Part shown: positions 37,336 to 52,729 of the stretch, one piece after another | How the letters are laid out: every line of letters begins with the position of its first letter | Numbering within the stretch: the stretch's first letter is position 1 | DNA from: Escherichia coli | Lineage (GTDB): Bacteria > Pseudomonadota > Gammaproteobacteria > Enterobacterales > Enterobacteriaceae | Strand: one strand, 5' to 3' | Assembly: GCF_030013595.1 (NCBI RefSeq) | Contig: NZ_CP122768.1 | DNA length: 64,000 bases | Notes under the pieces: generated by a model | Told to the model about the DNA's origin: nothing | Seen by the model: only the letters and a program-made list of their open reading frames with translations | Databases searched by the model: none | Translations under genes and position numbers: made by a program

Positions 37336-37426
37336 GCGCCGCCACTGACACGGAACAACGGCAAACACGCCGCCGGGTCAGCGGGGTTCTCCTGAGAACT
37401 TCGGCAGAGAAAGCAAAAATAAATGC

Positions 37427-37454
37427 TTGACTCTGTAGCGGGAAAGCGTATTAT
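37427..37454 (+). promoter_or_regulatory. rRNA operon promoter P2 (-35 TTGACT, 16 bp, -10 TATTAT)
   Basis: Canonical rrn P2 hexamers. Confidence 0.65.
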
Positions 37455-37491
37455 GCACACCCCGCGCCGCTGAGAAAAAGCGAAGCGGCAC

Positions 37492-37511
37492 TGCTCTTTA
37501 ACAATTTATCA
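37492..37511 (+). promoter_or_regulatory. rrn leader boxA antitermination element (TGCTCTTTAACAATTTATCA)
   Basis: Exact match to the rrn boxA sequence. Confidence 0.7.
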
Positions 37512-37636
37512 GGCAATCTGTGTGGGCACTCGAAGATACGGATTCTTAACGTCGCAAGACGAAAAAATGAATACCAAGTCTCAAGAGTGAACACGTAATT
37601 CATTACGAAGTTTAATTCTTTGAGCATCAAACTTTT

Positions 37637-39178
<1,542 letters not shown>

Positions 39179-39263
39179 CCTTAAAGAAGCGTACTTTGCA
39201 GTGCTCACACAGATTGTCTGATAGAAAGTGAAAAGCAAGGCGTCTTGCGAAGCAGACTGATAC

Positions 39264-39339
39264 GTCCCCTTCGTCTAGAGGCCCAGGACACCGCCCTTTC
39301 ACGGCGGTAACAGGGGTTCGAATCCCCTAGGGGACGCCA
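39264..39339 (+). tRNA. gltW: tRNA-Glu (anticodon UUC) in the 16S-23S spacer
   Basis: GTCCCCTTCGTCTAGAGGCCCAGGACACCGCCCTTTCACGGCGGTAACAGGGGTTCGAATCCCCTAGGGGACGCCA. Confidence 0.95.
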
Positions 39340-39532
39340 CTTGCTGGTTTGTGAGTGAAAGTCACCTGCCTTAATATCTCAAAACTCATCTTCGGGTGAT
39401 GTTTGAGATATTTGCTCTTTAAAAATCTGGATCAAGCTGAAAATTGAAACACTGAACAACGAAAGTTGTTCGTGAGTCTCTCAAATTTTCGCAACACGAT
39501 GATGAATCGAAAGAAACATCTTCGGGTTGTGA

Positions 39533-42437
<2,905 letters not shown>

Positions 42438-42529
42438 ACAACGCCGAAGATGTTTTGGCGGATGAGAGAAGATTTTCAGCCTGATACAGATTAACTCAGA
42501 ACGCAGAAGCGGTCTGATGAAACAGAATT

Positions 42530-42649
42530 TGCCTGGCGGCCTTAGCGCGGTGGTCCCACCTGACCCCATGCCGAACTCAGAAGTGAAACGCCGTAGCGCC
42601 GATGGTAGTGTGGGGTCTCCCCATGCGAGAGTAGGGAACTGCCAGGCAT
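42530..42649 (+). rRNA. rrfG: 5S ribosomal RNA (120 nt)
   Basis: TGCCTGGCGGCCTTAGCGCGGTGGTCCCACCTGACCCCATGCCGAACTCAG...GGAACTGCCAGGCAT. Confidence 0.95.
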
Positions 42650-42660
42650 CAAATTAAGCG

Positions 42661-42690
42661 AAAGGCCATCCGTCAGGATGGCCTTTTTGC
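42661..42690 (+). terminator. rRNA operon terminator (AGGCCATCC-GTCAG-GGATGGCCT + T5)
   Basis: 9-bp perfect stem followed by TTTTT just after 5S. Confidence 0.65.
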
Positions 42691-42704
42691 GTTGGTGAAA
42701 AAAA

Positions 42705-42741
42705 TGCCGGATGCGACGCTGGCGCGTCTTATCCAGCTTAC
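42705..42741. repeat. REP (repetitive extragenic palindromic) element
   Basis: GCCGGATGCGACGCTGGCGCGTCTTATCCAGCTTACG resembles REP consensus. Confidence 0.5.
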
Positions 42742-42994
42742 GCAGGCACGATAGGGGGCAGCTTATTCCTCCACATACGCCAGCGAATACGGCTTCCCCA
42801 ACTTGCTCACTTCCATATGTGTCCTCCTTACCAGAAATCTATCCTTAAGCTCCTTAATAACCATTTTCCTGCTAACTAAATTCATGGTTAAGGTTGCATA
42901 ATGGTGCGCAACAAATGTATAACATTTTCTTTACCAAAAAAATAAACAACAGCGACCGACAAAAGCATCGGATTACGGCAGGAGATATAATGGC

Positions 42995-44293
42995 ATGGCT
43001 GAAAGTACTGTAACGGCAGACAGCAAACTGACAAGTAGTGATACTCGTCGCCGCATTTGGGCAATTGTGGGGGCCTCTTCAGGTAATCTGGTCGAGTGGT
43101 TCGATTTCTATGTCTACTCGTTCTGTTCACTCTACTTCGCCCACATCTTCTTCCCTTCCGGGAACACGACGACTCAACTACTGCAAACAGCAGGTGTTTT
43201 TGCTGCGGGATTTCTGATGCGCCCGATAGGCGGTTGGCTATTTGGCCGCATAGCCGATAAACATGGTCGCAAAAAATCGATGCTGTTATCGGTGTGTATG
43301 ATGTGTTTCGGCTCACTGGTTATCGCCTGTTTGCCAGGCTACGAAACAATCGGTACCTGGGCTCCGGCATTATTGCTTCTTGCTCGTTTATTCCAGGGAT
43401 TATCCGTTGGCGGAGAATATGGCACCAGCGCCACCTATATGAGTGAAGTTGCCGTTGAAGGGCGCAAAGGTTTTTACGCATCATTTCAGTATGTGACGTT
43501 GATCGGCGGGCAATTGCTAGCTCTACTGGTTGTCGTGGTTTTACAACACACCATGGAAGACGCTGCACTCAGAGAGTGGGGATGGCGTATTCCTTTCGCG
43601 TTAGGAGCTGTGTTAGCTGTTGTGGCGTTGTGGTTACGTCGTCAGTTAGATGAAACTTCACAACAAGAAACACGCGCTTTAAAAGAAGCTGGATCTCTGA
43701 AAGGATTATGGCGCAATCGCCGTGCATTCATCATGGTTCTCGGTTTTACCGCTGCGGGCTCCCTTTGTTTCTATACCTTCACCACTTATATGCAGAAGTA
43801 TCTGGTAAATACTGCGGGAATGCATGCCAACGTGGCGAGTGGCATTATGACTGCCGCATTGTTTGTATTCATGCTTATTCAACCACTTATTGGCGCGCTG
43901 TCGGATAAGATTGGTCGTCGTACCTCAATGTTATGTTTCGGTTCGCTGGCAACCATTTTTACCGTTCCTATTCTCTCAGCATTGCAGAACGTTTCTTCGC
44001 CTTATGCCGCTTTTGGTCTGGTGATGTGCGCCCTGCTGATAGTGAGTTTTTATACTTCAATCAGTGGAATACTGAAGGCTGAGATGTTCCCGGCACAGGT
44101 TCGCGCATTAGGCGTTGGTCTGTCATATGCGGTCGCCAATGCTATATTTGGTGGCTCAGCAGAGTATGTAGCGTTGTCGCTGAAATCAATAGGAATGGAA
44201 ACAGCCTTCTTCTGGTATGTGACCTTGATGGCCGTGGTGGCGTTTCTGGTTTCTTTGATGCTACATCGCAAAGGGAAGGGGATGCGCCTTTAA
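42995..44293 (+). CDS. kgtP: Alpha-ketoglutarate permease KgtP (MFS transporter)
   Basis: 432 aa, 12-TM MFS with [11 protein letters not shown] motif; matches recalled KgtP. Confidence 0.9.
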   Translation: MAESTVTADSKLTSSDTRRRIWAIVGASSGNLVEWFDFYVYSFCSLYFAHIFFPSGNTTTQLLQTAGVFAAGFLMRPIGGWLFGRIADKHGRKKSMLLSVCMMCFGSLVIACLPGYETIGTWAPALLLLARLFQGLSVGGEYGTSATYMSEVAVEGRKGFYASFQYVTLIGGQLLALLVVVVLQHTMEDAALREWGWRIPFALGAVLAVVALWLRRQLDETSQQETRALKEAGSLKGLWRNRRAFIMVLGFTAAGSLCFYTFTTYMQKYLVNTAGMHANVASGIMTAALFVFMLIQPLIGALSDKIGRRTSMLCFGSLATIFTVPILSALQNVSSPYAAFGLVMCALLIVSFYTSISGILKAEMFPAQVRALGVGLSYAVANAIFGGSAEYVALSLKSIGMETAFFWYVTLMAVVAFLVSLMLHRKGKGMRL

Positions 44294-44634
44294 TTATGCG
44301 CCAACTGCCAGACGGTATAGCCAGTAGTTGCACCGGCGACATCCCAGGTAAAATCTTTCCAGCTCCAGCCGCTCCCCTCGGGGCGGCTATCCCAAAGTTC
44401 TTTTGACGCGCCCAGCCCAACAGAGAACATCAGCCCGAAAGTGGCACTGCGATCGCGACTCATCCCCTGATGCTGTGCATATTCATTTCCGGCGGCGGAA
44501 AGCATCGCCGAGGCGATAAAGTGTTGAGCTTTATCCTGCCCGCTCCAGCTATCGTTAGCCATATGGCTGCATCCAGAAAGTAACAATAGCGAGCAGACAA
44601 AAAGAATACGCAAAACGTGGCCTCCAAAAAACAA
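44290..44634 (-). CDS. yfiM: Lipoprotein YfiM
   Basis: Lipobox LLLSGCSH; ORF-track start is TTG, true start uncertain (alternative TTG at 44613); 3' end overlaps kgtP stop by 4 nt. Confidence 0.75.
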   Translation of the reverse strand: MFFGGHVLRILFVCSLLLLSGCSHMANDSWSGQDKAQHFIASAMLSAAGNEYAQHQGMSRDRSATFGLMFSVGLGASKELWDSRPEGSGWSWKDFTWDVAGATTGYTVWQLAHN

Positions 44635-44658
44635 ACCCCGTACAGGACGGGGTTGTGA

Positions 44659-46017
44659 TTACAGGATGCGGCTAATTAATCGGTCGATGCGGATACGGCG
44701 CAAACGGCGGATGAGTTTACGAACCTTCACCGGATAATCGGCAATACTTTGCAGATCGCGATAGTGCTTAACGATGGTGGTATGCTCGCGGATCAGCTCC
44801 AGTTCTTTCTCTCGCTGCGGCGCAAGCTCCAGTTGTGGATCGTGGATCAAAATGGCGTTTTCCAGATCCAGACGCCAGGCGCGCGGGTTCAGGTTATTAC
44901 CGGTGATCAACATCCACTTATCATCAACCCACATCCCTTTCAGGTGATAGGTGTTGTCGTCATCTTTCCATAACCGAACCACTAGCTGGTCAGTATTGAC
45001 GTAATACTGCAAACGGCTCAGGAAACGACGCAGATTGATCTCATAGAGATAAGGCAATGCGCCAATTATCTTGAAAGGTTCATCTTCCGGAATGTAGAAG
45101 TCGTTCGCGGTTTTATCACCAACAATAATTTCGACCTTTTTCCCTTCGCGCAGCAACTGGATAATATTGCGCACAAGGATTGCTGGCAGGTTGAAGTATG
45201 GCGTACAGATGGTTAGTTTCTGCTCGGCACAAGGCATAAGATGGAAAATGGTCTTGTTCAACAGACTCGATTTCCCCAGCCCCACTAGCGGCGTTACGGA
45301 AAGCTGATCGTTGTCGGCATCGCCCTGGAAATGATAAGCGGCATCACGCAGCTCCTGGCGGAACAGACGAATATCGTTCTTGATTTCCGGGCTTTTTGGC
45401 CGATTAACATCATCCAGACGATTAACGCCGCGGCCATTCATAATATTCTGTGTAACCCATTCAAACATAATGTCTGACATCTTACGGTTACGGATCAGAT
45501 GATAACGGTCGTAGCGATATTTATCGTGCTGATGCAGGTAAACATCGTTCAGGCTGGCACCGCTATAAAGTACGCTATCGTCGATGATAAAGCCTTTAAA
45601 GTGCAGAACACCAAGGGCTTCACGGGTATTGATTGGCACGCCATAAACCGGAACATCTACGCCCGGATTTTCCTGCGCCATGCGGCAGTACCAGTCAGCG
45701 TTAGTGTTAGATGCCGCAGCGCCAATGCGTCCACGTTGTGCACGATGCCAGTCGACCAGCACCCGCACATCCAGTTCAGGACGCTGCCTTTTAGCCTCAT
45801 ACAACGCGTTCAGAATGCCTTTGCCACCGTCATCCTGTTCGAGATACAGGGCGACAATGCAAATGCGCTGCTTCGCGCTGGCTATTTTTTCCAGCAGCGT
45901 CTCCCGGAAGTCGGCGGGAGCGTAAAAGAAATCGACATCATCAACTGATTGAGAAATCTTGGGTAGTTGGGCAAGGTGTTGTTGATGTTTATTACGCTTA
46001 AATTTTGACAACATCAC
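44659..46017 (-). CDS. pssA: CDP-diacylglycerol--serine O-phosphatidyltransferase PssA (PLD superfamily)
   Basis: 451 aa, two HKD-like motifs (HFKGFIID, HLKGMWVD). Confidence 0.95.
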   Translation of the reverse strand: MMLSKFKRNKHQQHLAQLPKISQSVDDVDFFYAPADFRETLLEKIASAKQRICIVALYLEQDDGGKGILNALYEAKRQRPELDVRVLVDWHRAQRGRIGAAASNTNADWYCRMAQENPGVDVPVYGVPINTREALGVLHFKGFIIDDSVLYSGASLNDVYLHQHDKYRYDRYHLIRNRKMSDIMFEWVTQNIMNGRGVNRLDDVNRPKSPEIKNDIRLFRQELRDAAYHFQGDADNDQLSVTPLVGLGKSSLLNKTIFHLMPCAEQKLTICTPYFNLPAILVRNIIQLLREGKKVEIIVGDKTANDFYIPEDEPFKIIGALPYLYEINLRRFLSRLQYYVNTDQLVVRLWKDDDNTYHLKGMWVDDKWMLITGNNLNPRAWRLDLENAILIHDPQLELAPQREKELELIREHTTIVKHYRDLQSIADYPVKVRKLIRRLRRIRIDRLISRIL

Positions 46018-46127
46018 AGTGCATTTCTTCTCTGTTCATTGAAGGGTCCTCTGTGCAATGCAGACGACATAAGCGGGCAATAATAACACCAGTCCCGATT
46101 AAGTGGTCAACATTTCCAGTACCTTAC

Positions 46128-48788
46128 TCATGATTCCTCGCGCTGGGCAAGATTTAGCGTAAGCCCAACGATCCCCTCTTCGAGCTGGATATCAACGTTA
46201 AACCCGAGCTTGCGGGCCAGCGCCACCATGCCACGATTGTTTGGCATCGTAATACCATTCAGACGTTGCAGTCCGTGATCTCGCGTATAGGTAATCAACT
46301 TTTCCATTAAGCGTCGACCTAAGCCTAACCCTTTGAGATCCGAGCGAACCAGCACGGCAAATTCGGCATCGATGTTATCAGGGTCGGAGATCGCACGCGT
46401 GACGCCGAGGATCTCTTCCGTTTGTTCAATACGTCGTACTGCTACAAACGCCATTTCCCGATCGTAGTCGATCTGCGTCATGTTGGCTAAATCTTCATGG
46501 GTAAATTCGTTGATCTCGCTAAAGTAGCGGTAATAAAGATCTTCTTTGGTGACTCGCGAAATGAACTGCTGAAGTTGTGGCTCATCTTCTGGCAAAATCG
46601 GGCGGAACAAGCAGCGTTCACCGTTTTTCAATTCTACCCATTCTTCCAGCTGATGCGGATAAGGGCGCACTGCCAGCCGGCTCTCGTTATCGCCTTCAAA
46701 CGGCGCGATATCCAGCGTGACATCCAGCGCGGTAAATTCACTGCCAGAAGCCAGCAAAGGATGAATGTCCAGACGTTGAATTTCCGGGCAATCGACAATC
46801 AAGTTGGAAACCTGCACCAGAAGCTGGCTCAAGCCTGCAACATCCAATGGGCGTAGCGCACTGCGCGCACGAATCTTTTTACTTTTGATCCCCTGAATAA
46901 CCAGATAGCGGGCCAGGTTCATGTTTAGCGGCGGTAGTGCGACGACGGCTTGATCTTCAGGACGCCACTCCACACCGCCTTCGCCCAGCATGATCAACGG
47001 CCCGAAAACCGGATCGTGCTCAACCACAACCCGCAACTCCTGAGCGCCAGCACGGTTAGCCATACTTTGCACCAACAGGCCGTGGATCCGCGCCTGCGGC
47101 CAGGCCATTTTTACGCGATCGAAAATAGCGTTTGCCGCTTGCTGGACTTCATTAGCTGTACGCAGGTAGAGCATTACGCCCTGAACTTCCGATTTATGTG
47201 GAATATCCGGCGAACGCAATTTCAGCGCCACCGGATAACCAATCTGTTCGGCAATATGCACCGCTTCGGTGCTATCGCTGGCAATCCAGGTGGGGAGCGT
47301 GTTCATGCCATACGCTTGCAGGATGGGCTGAACTTCATGGGTATCGAGCGACGTAGCCCCTTCGGCAATCGCCTGTTGCAACAGAAGATGTGCTTCTGCG
47401 GTATTGGAGGTCAGATTGCTGGGCAACGCCGGCGTTTCGCGTAGTTGCTTCTGATTACGTCGGTACTCCACCATATGCATAAAAGCAGTGATGGTTCCTT
47501 CCGGCGTGCGATAGGTCGGCAGCCCGGCTTCACTGAATAATCGTCGTGCCTCTTGAGAGGAGTGCTCGCCGCACCAGTTCGTCAGCAGAGAAACATACTT
47601 GCTGCGGGGATGATGCTTTACCGCTTCAATTAATACTTGCGCGCTTTCTGTTGCGGGAGCAGCGGCGCTGGGCGAATGAATAACCATCAGCGCATCAAAA
47701 TCCTGGCTGTGGAGCAGAATGTCCAGCGTTTTGACATAATGCTCGCTGCTGGCGTCATCGCGTAGATCGAGCGGGTTAGAGATTGCCACATGTCCTGGCA
47801 GTGCATCGCGCAGTTTCTGGCAGGTTTCTTCGCTTAGCGTTGCCAGCTTGCCATTGCGTGACCATAAGGCATCCAGCGCCAGCGCGGCAGGCGCAGCACC
47901 GTTGCTGATAATCATCAACCGGTCGCCACGCAGCGGGCGCATATGGCTAAGGGTTTCCACCGCCGAAAACAGCTCGTGGGTGTCCTGTACCCGCAACAAA
48001 CCGGCACGCTGAATAGCCGCATCCCACGCCGGATCCATTCCTGCCGTGGTGTTCAACAGACGTTGAGCCGCCGGACTACGTCCGCTTTTAATCACCAGAA
48101 TCGGTTTATTGCGCGAGGCACTACGGGCCGCCGAAACAAAGCGTCGCGCGTCGCTTAACTGTTCGAGATAGAGCAGGATGGCGCTGGTTTTACTGTCGCG
48201 CGCCAGATAGTCGAGCAATTCATCAACGTCGATATCCAGGCTGTCGCCAAGCGCAATAAAGTAGGAAAAGCCCATCTCACGCTGTTGCGCCCAGTCGAGG
48301 ATGGTGTTGGAGACGGCAGCCGATTGCGAAATAAACGCCAGCTTGCCGCGTTTAATCGGCACAGGTGAAAAGCTGGCATTTAGACCTTGCCAGGGAGCCA
48401 GTAAACCCAGACTGTTTGGTCCTAGCAGGCGCATGTTATGGCGCAGGGCGCAGGCGCGGAGATCTTCGTGTTGCGATGCCGGGGCGGAAAGAATAATGCA
48501 GGTTTTACAGCCTTTCTCGCCGAGCTCTTCCAGAAGAGCAAGATTACGGCTGGCATTGGTACATAAAACCGCAAGGTCGGGTGTAAAGGGCAAGCTGGCA
48601 ATATCCGGCCAGGCCAACACACCCAACACCGCTTTCCAGGCAGGCGTCACCGGGAGTACCGGTCCGTTAAAGCCTCCCGCCAGCAGGTTACGCATCATCA
48701 GGTAACCTGCTCGATTGGGTTTCATCGATGCGCCAATTACCGCAATCGATTTTGGTCGCAATAGTGCTTCCAGTCCTCGCTGACTCAT
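46128..48788 (-). CDS. yfiQ: Protein lysine acetyltransferase YfiQ/PatZ/Pka (NDP-forming acyl-CoA synthetase-like plus GNAT domain)
   Basis: 886 aa, CoA-binding/ATP-grasp N-terminal region and C-terminal GNAT; matches recalled YfiQ. Confidence 0.9.
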   Translation of the reverse strand: MSQRGLEALLRPKSIAVIGASMKPNRAGYLMMRNLLAGGFNGPVLPVTPAWKAVLGVLAWPDIASLPFTPDLAVLCTNASRNLALLEELGEKGCKTCIILSAPASQHEDLRACALRHNMRLLGPNSLGLLAPWQGLNASFSPVPIKRGKLAFISQSAAVSNTILDWAQQREMGFSYFIALGDSLDIDVDELLDYLARDSKTSAILLYLEQLSDARRFVSAARSASRNKPILVIKSGRSPAAQRLLNTTAGMDPAWDAAIQRAGLLRVQDTHELFSAVETLSHMRPLRGDRLMIISNGAAPAALALDALWSRNGKLATLSEETCQKLRDALPGHVAISNPLDLRDDASSEHYVKTLDILLHSQDFDALMVIHSPSAAAPATESAQVLIEAVKHHPRSKYVSLLTNWCGEHSSQEARRLFSEAGLPTYRTPEGTITAFMHMVEYRRNQKQLRETPALPSNLTSNTAEAHLLLQQAIAEGATSLDTHEVQPILQAYGMNTLPTWIASDSTEAVHIAEQIGYPVALKLRSPDIPHKSEVQGVMLYLRTANEVQQAANAIFDRVKMAWPQARIHGLLVQSMANRAGAQELRVVVEHDPVFGPLIMLGEGGVEWRPEDQAVVALPPLNMNLARYLVIQGIKSKKIRARSALRPLDVAGLSQLLVQVSNLIVDCPEIQRLDIHPLLASGSEFTALDVTLDIAPFEGDNESRLAVRPYPHQLEEWVELKNGERCLFRPILPEDEPQLQQFISRVTKEDLYYRYFSEINEFTHEDLANMTQIDYDREMAFVAVRRIEQTEEILGVTRAISDPDNIDAEFAVLVRSDLKGLGLGRRLMEKLITYTRDHGLQRLNGITMPNNRGMVALARKLGFNVDIQLEEGIVGLTLNLAQREES

Positions 48789-48819
48789 ACCGGTCTCCCG
48801 CAGAAGTGACCGAATGATT

Positions 48820-49518
48820 TTAAACGCTTTCTAACTGTTCTGCTGTGATGCTACCCAGATGTTGCGTTTTTCCTGCCAGATAGCGTGTTTTAAAGCGGGT
48901 AAAATGCTCGCCTAACCCTGCCGCCGCCCCGGTATCGCCGGCCATATCTAACAGTGCGATGGCTACTTCGGCAGTACAATATTGGCCTTCAGCCTGGGCT
49001 TCACGCAGGCGATAGGCAGAAAGCCGGGAAAGATCGACGGAAATGACGGGAAGATTATCCAGATACGGACTTTTACGAAACATCTTGCGAGCTTCAGGCC
49101 AGGTACCATCGAGCATGATAAATAGCGGAGGCTTACCGGCAGGTGGTGTGAAGATCACTTCCCGTTGCTCATCAGCATACGAGGCGGGAAAGACCACCAT
49201 TGGCTGATAGTCCGGGTTTTGTACCAGATCCAGCAAATCTAGCGAGGGTTCGGTACGCGACCATTGAAACGCAACGGTATCAGGCAAAATATCAGCAATC
49301 AGACGCCCGGTATTACTGGGCTTCATTGGCTCGGTGTCGAACATCAGCAAACAGAAGCGACTTTTTGCTTGTGCTGGGGTAATTGTCGAACAGAGACATA
49401 ATTTCTCTGGCAAAAGACAGCGTTGGCAGCGACGAACGCGATTACCGCGGGCAAGAAAAGGACGTGTTGCGCGCGCAATACGCTCGGCGCGTAACTGGAG
49501 AACAGCGTTTTCGGTCAT
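48820..49518 (-). CDS. yfiP: DTW-domain protein YfiP (TapT-like tRNA aminocarboxypropyltransferase)
   Basis: CxxC...CxC motif and DGTW motif; start placed at internal ATG (MTENAVLQL...). Confidence 0.85.
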   Translation of the reverse strand: MTENAVLQLRAERIARATRPFLARGNRVRRCQRCLLPEKLCLCSTITPAQAKSRFCLLMFDTEPMKPSNTGRLIADILPDTVAFQWSRTEPSLDLLDLVQNPDYQPMVVFPASYADEQREVIFTPPAGKPPLFIMLDGTWPEARKMFRKSPYLDNLPVISVDLSRLSAYRLREAQAEGQYCTAEVAIALLDMAGDTGAAAGLGEHFTRFKTRYLAGKTQHLGSITAEQLESV

Positions 49519-49586
49519 AAGAGAGCGTCGAAAAAACGCCATTGTCGCAGAGGAGAAAACGGGGCACAAGATGCGCCCCGGTAAGA

Positions 49587-50006
49587 TTAAAGAGATTCGT
49601 TCAGCCAGCTATCAAACGGCGCTTTCGGTACTGCGCCATTAAGCATGTCGACAACCTGACCGTTTTTGAAAATCATGATCGTCGGTATACTACGAATTCC
49701 AAAGCGACTGCTTAATTCACGTTCAGCTTCGGTATTCACTTTCACAAAGCGCACTTTACCGCTACGCTCTTGCGCGACATCTTCAAAAATTGGTGCGAAA
49801 TTACGGCAGGGGCCGCACCACGGTGCCCAGAAGTCGATCACCACAGGTAGATCATCTTTCAGCAATTTGTCGAGCGTTTCACCGGTCGCGTTAATCACCT
49901 CTCCGTCAAACAAGTCGTGACCGCAGCGTCCGCATTTTGCCGCATCTTCGATCCGATCGTCGGGAATGCGATTGATGGCCTGACAATGGGTACAAACGGT
50001 ATTCAT
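49587..50006 (-). CDS. trxC: Thioredoxin 2 (TrxC) with N-terminal zinc-finger
   Basis: 139 aa, CxxC-x-CxxC zinc motif and WCGPC active site. Confidence 0.95.
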
Positions 50007-50212
50007 AACTAACCTCGGGATGAGTAAGGAGACTTATCGGCAACGACGCCGGTATGTTTCTAATATGTTACATATTATCGGGGACATTGTTCCAGACAAC
50101 AATCTGTTTTATTCAATAGGTATGATAGTCGTAGGCTTTGGTACGAAATCATGGCGAACCGCGCGGACTTCGGGTAATCTGCGCGCTTCGCGCAGCGCTG
50201 GTGGAGAAAAGC

Positions 50213-51250
50213 ATGAACGATGAAATGAAAGGTAAAAGCGGCAAGGTCAAAGTGATGTATGTCCGCAGTGATGATGATTCTGATAAACGTACCCACAACC
50301 CGCGTACCGGGAAAGGGGGCGGGCGTCCAGGAAAATCTCGTGCTGACGGTGGCCGTCGCCCCGCCCGCGATGACAAACAGAGTCAGCCCCGTGATCGCAA
50401 GTGGGAAGAGTCGCCGTGGCGCACAGTTTCCCGCGCGCCGGGTGATGAGACGCCGGAAAAGGCCGATCACGGTGGCATCAGTGGTAAAAGTTTTATTGAT
50501 CCGGAAGTGTTGCGTCGTCAGCGTGCGGAAGAAACCCGCGTCTACGGCGAAAATGCATGTCAGGCACTGTTCCAGAGCCGTCCGGAAGCGATTGTTCGCG
50601 CCTGGTTTATCCAGAGTGTAACGCCGCGTTTTAAAGAAGCCTTGCGCTGGATGGCAGCAAACCGCAAAGCGTACCATGTGGTAGATGAAGCGGAACTGAC
50701 AAAAGCGTCAGGCACGGAACATCACGGCGGCGTTTGCTTCCTGATCAAAAAGCGTAATGGTACAACCGTGCAGCAGTGGGTAAGCCAGGCAGGCGCGCAG
50801 GATTGTGTACTGGCGCTGGAAAACGAATCTAACCCGCATAACCTGGGTGGCATGATGCGCAGCTGCGCGCACTTCGGCGTGAAAGGCGTTGTGGTGCAGG
50901 ATGCGGCACTGCTGGAGTCGGGTGCGGCTATCCGTACCGCAGAAGGCGGCGCAGAGCACGTTCAGCCGATTACTGGCGACAACATTGTTAACGTGCTGGA
51001 TGATTTCCGTGAGGCAGGTTACACCGTAGTGACCACTTCCAGCGAGCAGGGGAAACCGCTGTTCAAAACCAGTCTGCCAGCGAAAATGGTACTGGTGCTG
51101 GGTCAGGAATATGAAGGGTTACCGGATGCCGCACGCGATCCGAACGATTTGCGCGTGAAGATTGATGGTACTGGCAACGTTGCCGGGCTAAATATCTCTG
51201 TTGCAACCGGTGTTTTGCTTGGTGAATGGTGGCGTCAGAATAAAGCCTGA
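50213..51250 (+). CDS. yfiF: SpoU-family RNA 2'-O-methyltransferase YfiF
   Basis: 345 aa from [14 protein letters not shown]; basic low-complexity N-terminus plus SpoU methylase domain; ORF-track start 50138 is an extension. Confidence 0.85.
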   Translation: MNDEMKGKSGKVKVMYVRSDDDSDKRTHNPRTGKGGGRPGKSRADGGRRPARDDKQSQPRDRKWEESPWRTVSRAPGDETPEKADHGGISGKSFIDPEVLRRQRAEETRVYGENACQALFQSRPEAIVRAWFIQSVTPRFKEALRWMAANRKAYHVVDEAELTKASGTEHHGGVCFLIKKRNGTTVQQWVSQAGAQDCVLALENESNPHNLGGMMRSCAHFGVKGVVVQDAALLESGAAIRTAEGGAEHVQPITGDNIVNVLDDFREAGYTVVTTSSEQGKPLFKTSLPAKMVLVLGQEYEGLPDAARDPNDLRVKIDGTGNVAGLNISVATGVLLGEWWRQNKA

Positions 51251-51297
51251 TAAATCAGCCGGGTGGCAACGCTGCCATCCGGCGTTTTCCTGCAAAT

Positions 51298-51987
51298 TTA
51301 CTCACTTTCTGCCGGTAATACTGGCATCCAGTCAATCGGTTTCTCGCCACGTTGTTCCAGCCACTGATTTGCCAGCACAAAATGGTTGCAGCCAAAGAAC
51401 CCACGATGCGCCGAAAGCGGTGATGGATGCGGCGCTTTCAGTACGTGATGGCGTTGTTTATCAATAATCGCCCCTTTCTTCTGTGCATGTGATCCCCACA
51501 ACAAAAACACCACGCCTTCGCGGTGCTGGTTAATCAGGCTGATGACTTTATCGGTGAAGGTCTCCCAGCCGAGGCTGGCGTGGGAATGCGCCTGACCTGC
51601 GCGAACCGTCAACACAGTATTGAGTAGCAGAACGCCCTGACGCGCCCAGCTTTCAAGATAACCATGATTAGGGCGGGTGAAACCGGGAATAGTATTTTCC
51701 AGCTCTTTATACATATTCAGCAGTGACGGCGGTGTCGCAATGCCGGGGCGAACGGAAAATGCCAGACCATGCGCCTGTCCCGGTCCGTGATAAGGATCCT
51801 GGCCGAGAATCACCACTTTAACGTCACCCAACTCTGTAAAGCGGAACGCGTTAAAGACATCCTTTTGTGGCGGATAGATAGTGACGCCGGACTGCCGCTC
51901 GCTGGCGACGGTCTGTAGGGTATTAAGAAAATAGGGTTGTTGCTTCTCTTCAGCCAGCACGTCATGCCAGGTTAATTCGTTTGCCAT
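51298..51987 (-). CDS. ung: Uracil-DNA glycosylase
   Basis: 229 aa, [20 protein letters not shown]..., GQDPYHG motif. Confidence 0.95.
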   Translation of the reverse strand: MANELTWHDVLAEEKQQPYFLNTLQTVASERQSGVTIYPPQKDVFNAFRFTELGDVKVVILGQDPYHGPGQAHGLAFSVRPGIATPPSLLNMYKELENTIPGFTRPNHGYLESWARQGVLLLNTVLTVRAGQAHSHASLGWETFTDKVISLINQHREGVVFLLWGSHAQKKGAIIDKQRHHVLKAPHPSPLSAHRGFFGCNHFVLANQWLEQRGEKPIDWMPVLPAESE

Positions 51988-52117
51988 CTCGCTCTCCCGC
52001 GAATCTTCAATCCGCCTAGCTTAACTGCTTCTTTCTACAGAACAAAATCATGCTCATTTTTTAGACTTAAACGAGTGCAAAAAAATGTAAATTGGTAAAA
52101 TTTCACACCTGCATAAG

Positions 52118-52184
52118 TTGATGTAAAACAATAAAATCCATTTGCGACCATACTTGATGTGTGGTTTTTATTGATTTAAATCAA
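52118..52184 (+). promoter_or_regulatory. grcA (yfiD) promoter region with two FNR/CRP-type sites: TTGAT-GTAA-AACAA (52118-52131) and perfect TTGAT-TTAA-ATCAA (52171-52184), centres 53 bp apart
   Basis: Palindromes read from sequence; arrangement matches the known tandem FNR sites of yfiD. Confidence 0.6.
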
Positions 52185-52291
52185 AGATTCAAGGGTGTTT
52201 GAGGAGTATATATACACTCAAGCAACAATAGTTTTACCAATTGGCCGCGACAGGCTGAACAAATCAAATAATTTTGCCGGGGAGGCATCAC

Positions 52292-52675
52292 ATGATTACA
52301 GGTATCCAGATTACTAAAGCCGCTAACGACGATCTGCTGAACTCTTTCTGGCTGCTGGACAGCGAAAAAGGCGAAGCGCGTTGCATCGTTGCGAAAGCAG
52401 GTTTTGCAGAAGACGAAGTGGTTGCAGTAAGCAAACTGGGTGACATTGAGTACCGTGAAGTTCCAGTAGAAGTGAAACCAGAAGTTCGCGTTGAAGGTGG
52501 TCAACACCTGAACGTAAACGTTCTGCGTCGTGAAACTCTGGAAGATGCAGTTAAGCATCCGGAAAAATATCCGCAGCTGACCATCCGTGTATCCGGTTAT
52601 GCAGTTCGCTTTAACTCTCTGACTCCGGAACAGCAGCGCGACGTTATCGCTCGTACCTTTACTGAAAGCCTGTAA
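52292..52675 (+). CDS. grcA: Autonomous glycyl radical cofactor GrcA (YfiD)
   Basis: 127 aa from [33 protein letters not shown]...[13 protein letters not shown] glycyl-radical motif. Confidence 0.95.
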
Positions 52676-52697
52676 GGCTTAAGTAGCAAGTTACTAA

Positions 52698-52727
52698 GCG
52701 GAAGAGGGCGACCTCTTCCGCTTTTTT
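52698..52727. terminator. Bidirectional intrinsic terminator between convergent grcA and eamB (GCGGAAGAG-loop-CTCTTCCGC + T6)
   Basis: 9-bp perfect stem followed by TTTTTT. Confidence 0.65.
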
Positions 52728-52729
52728 CA

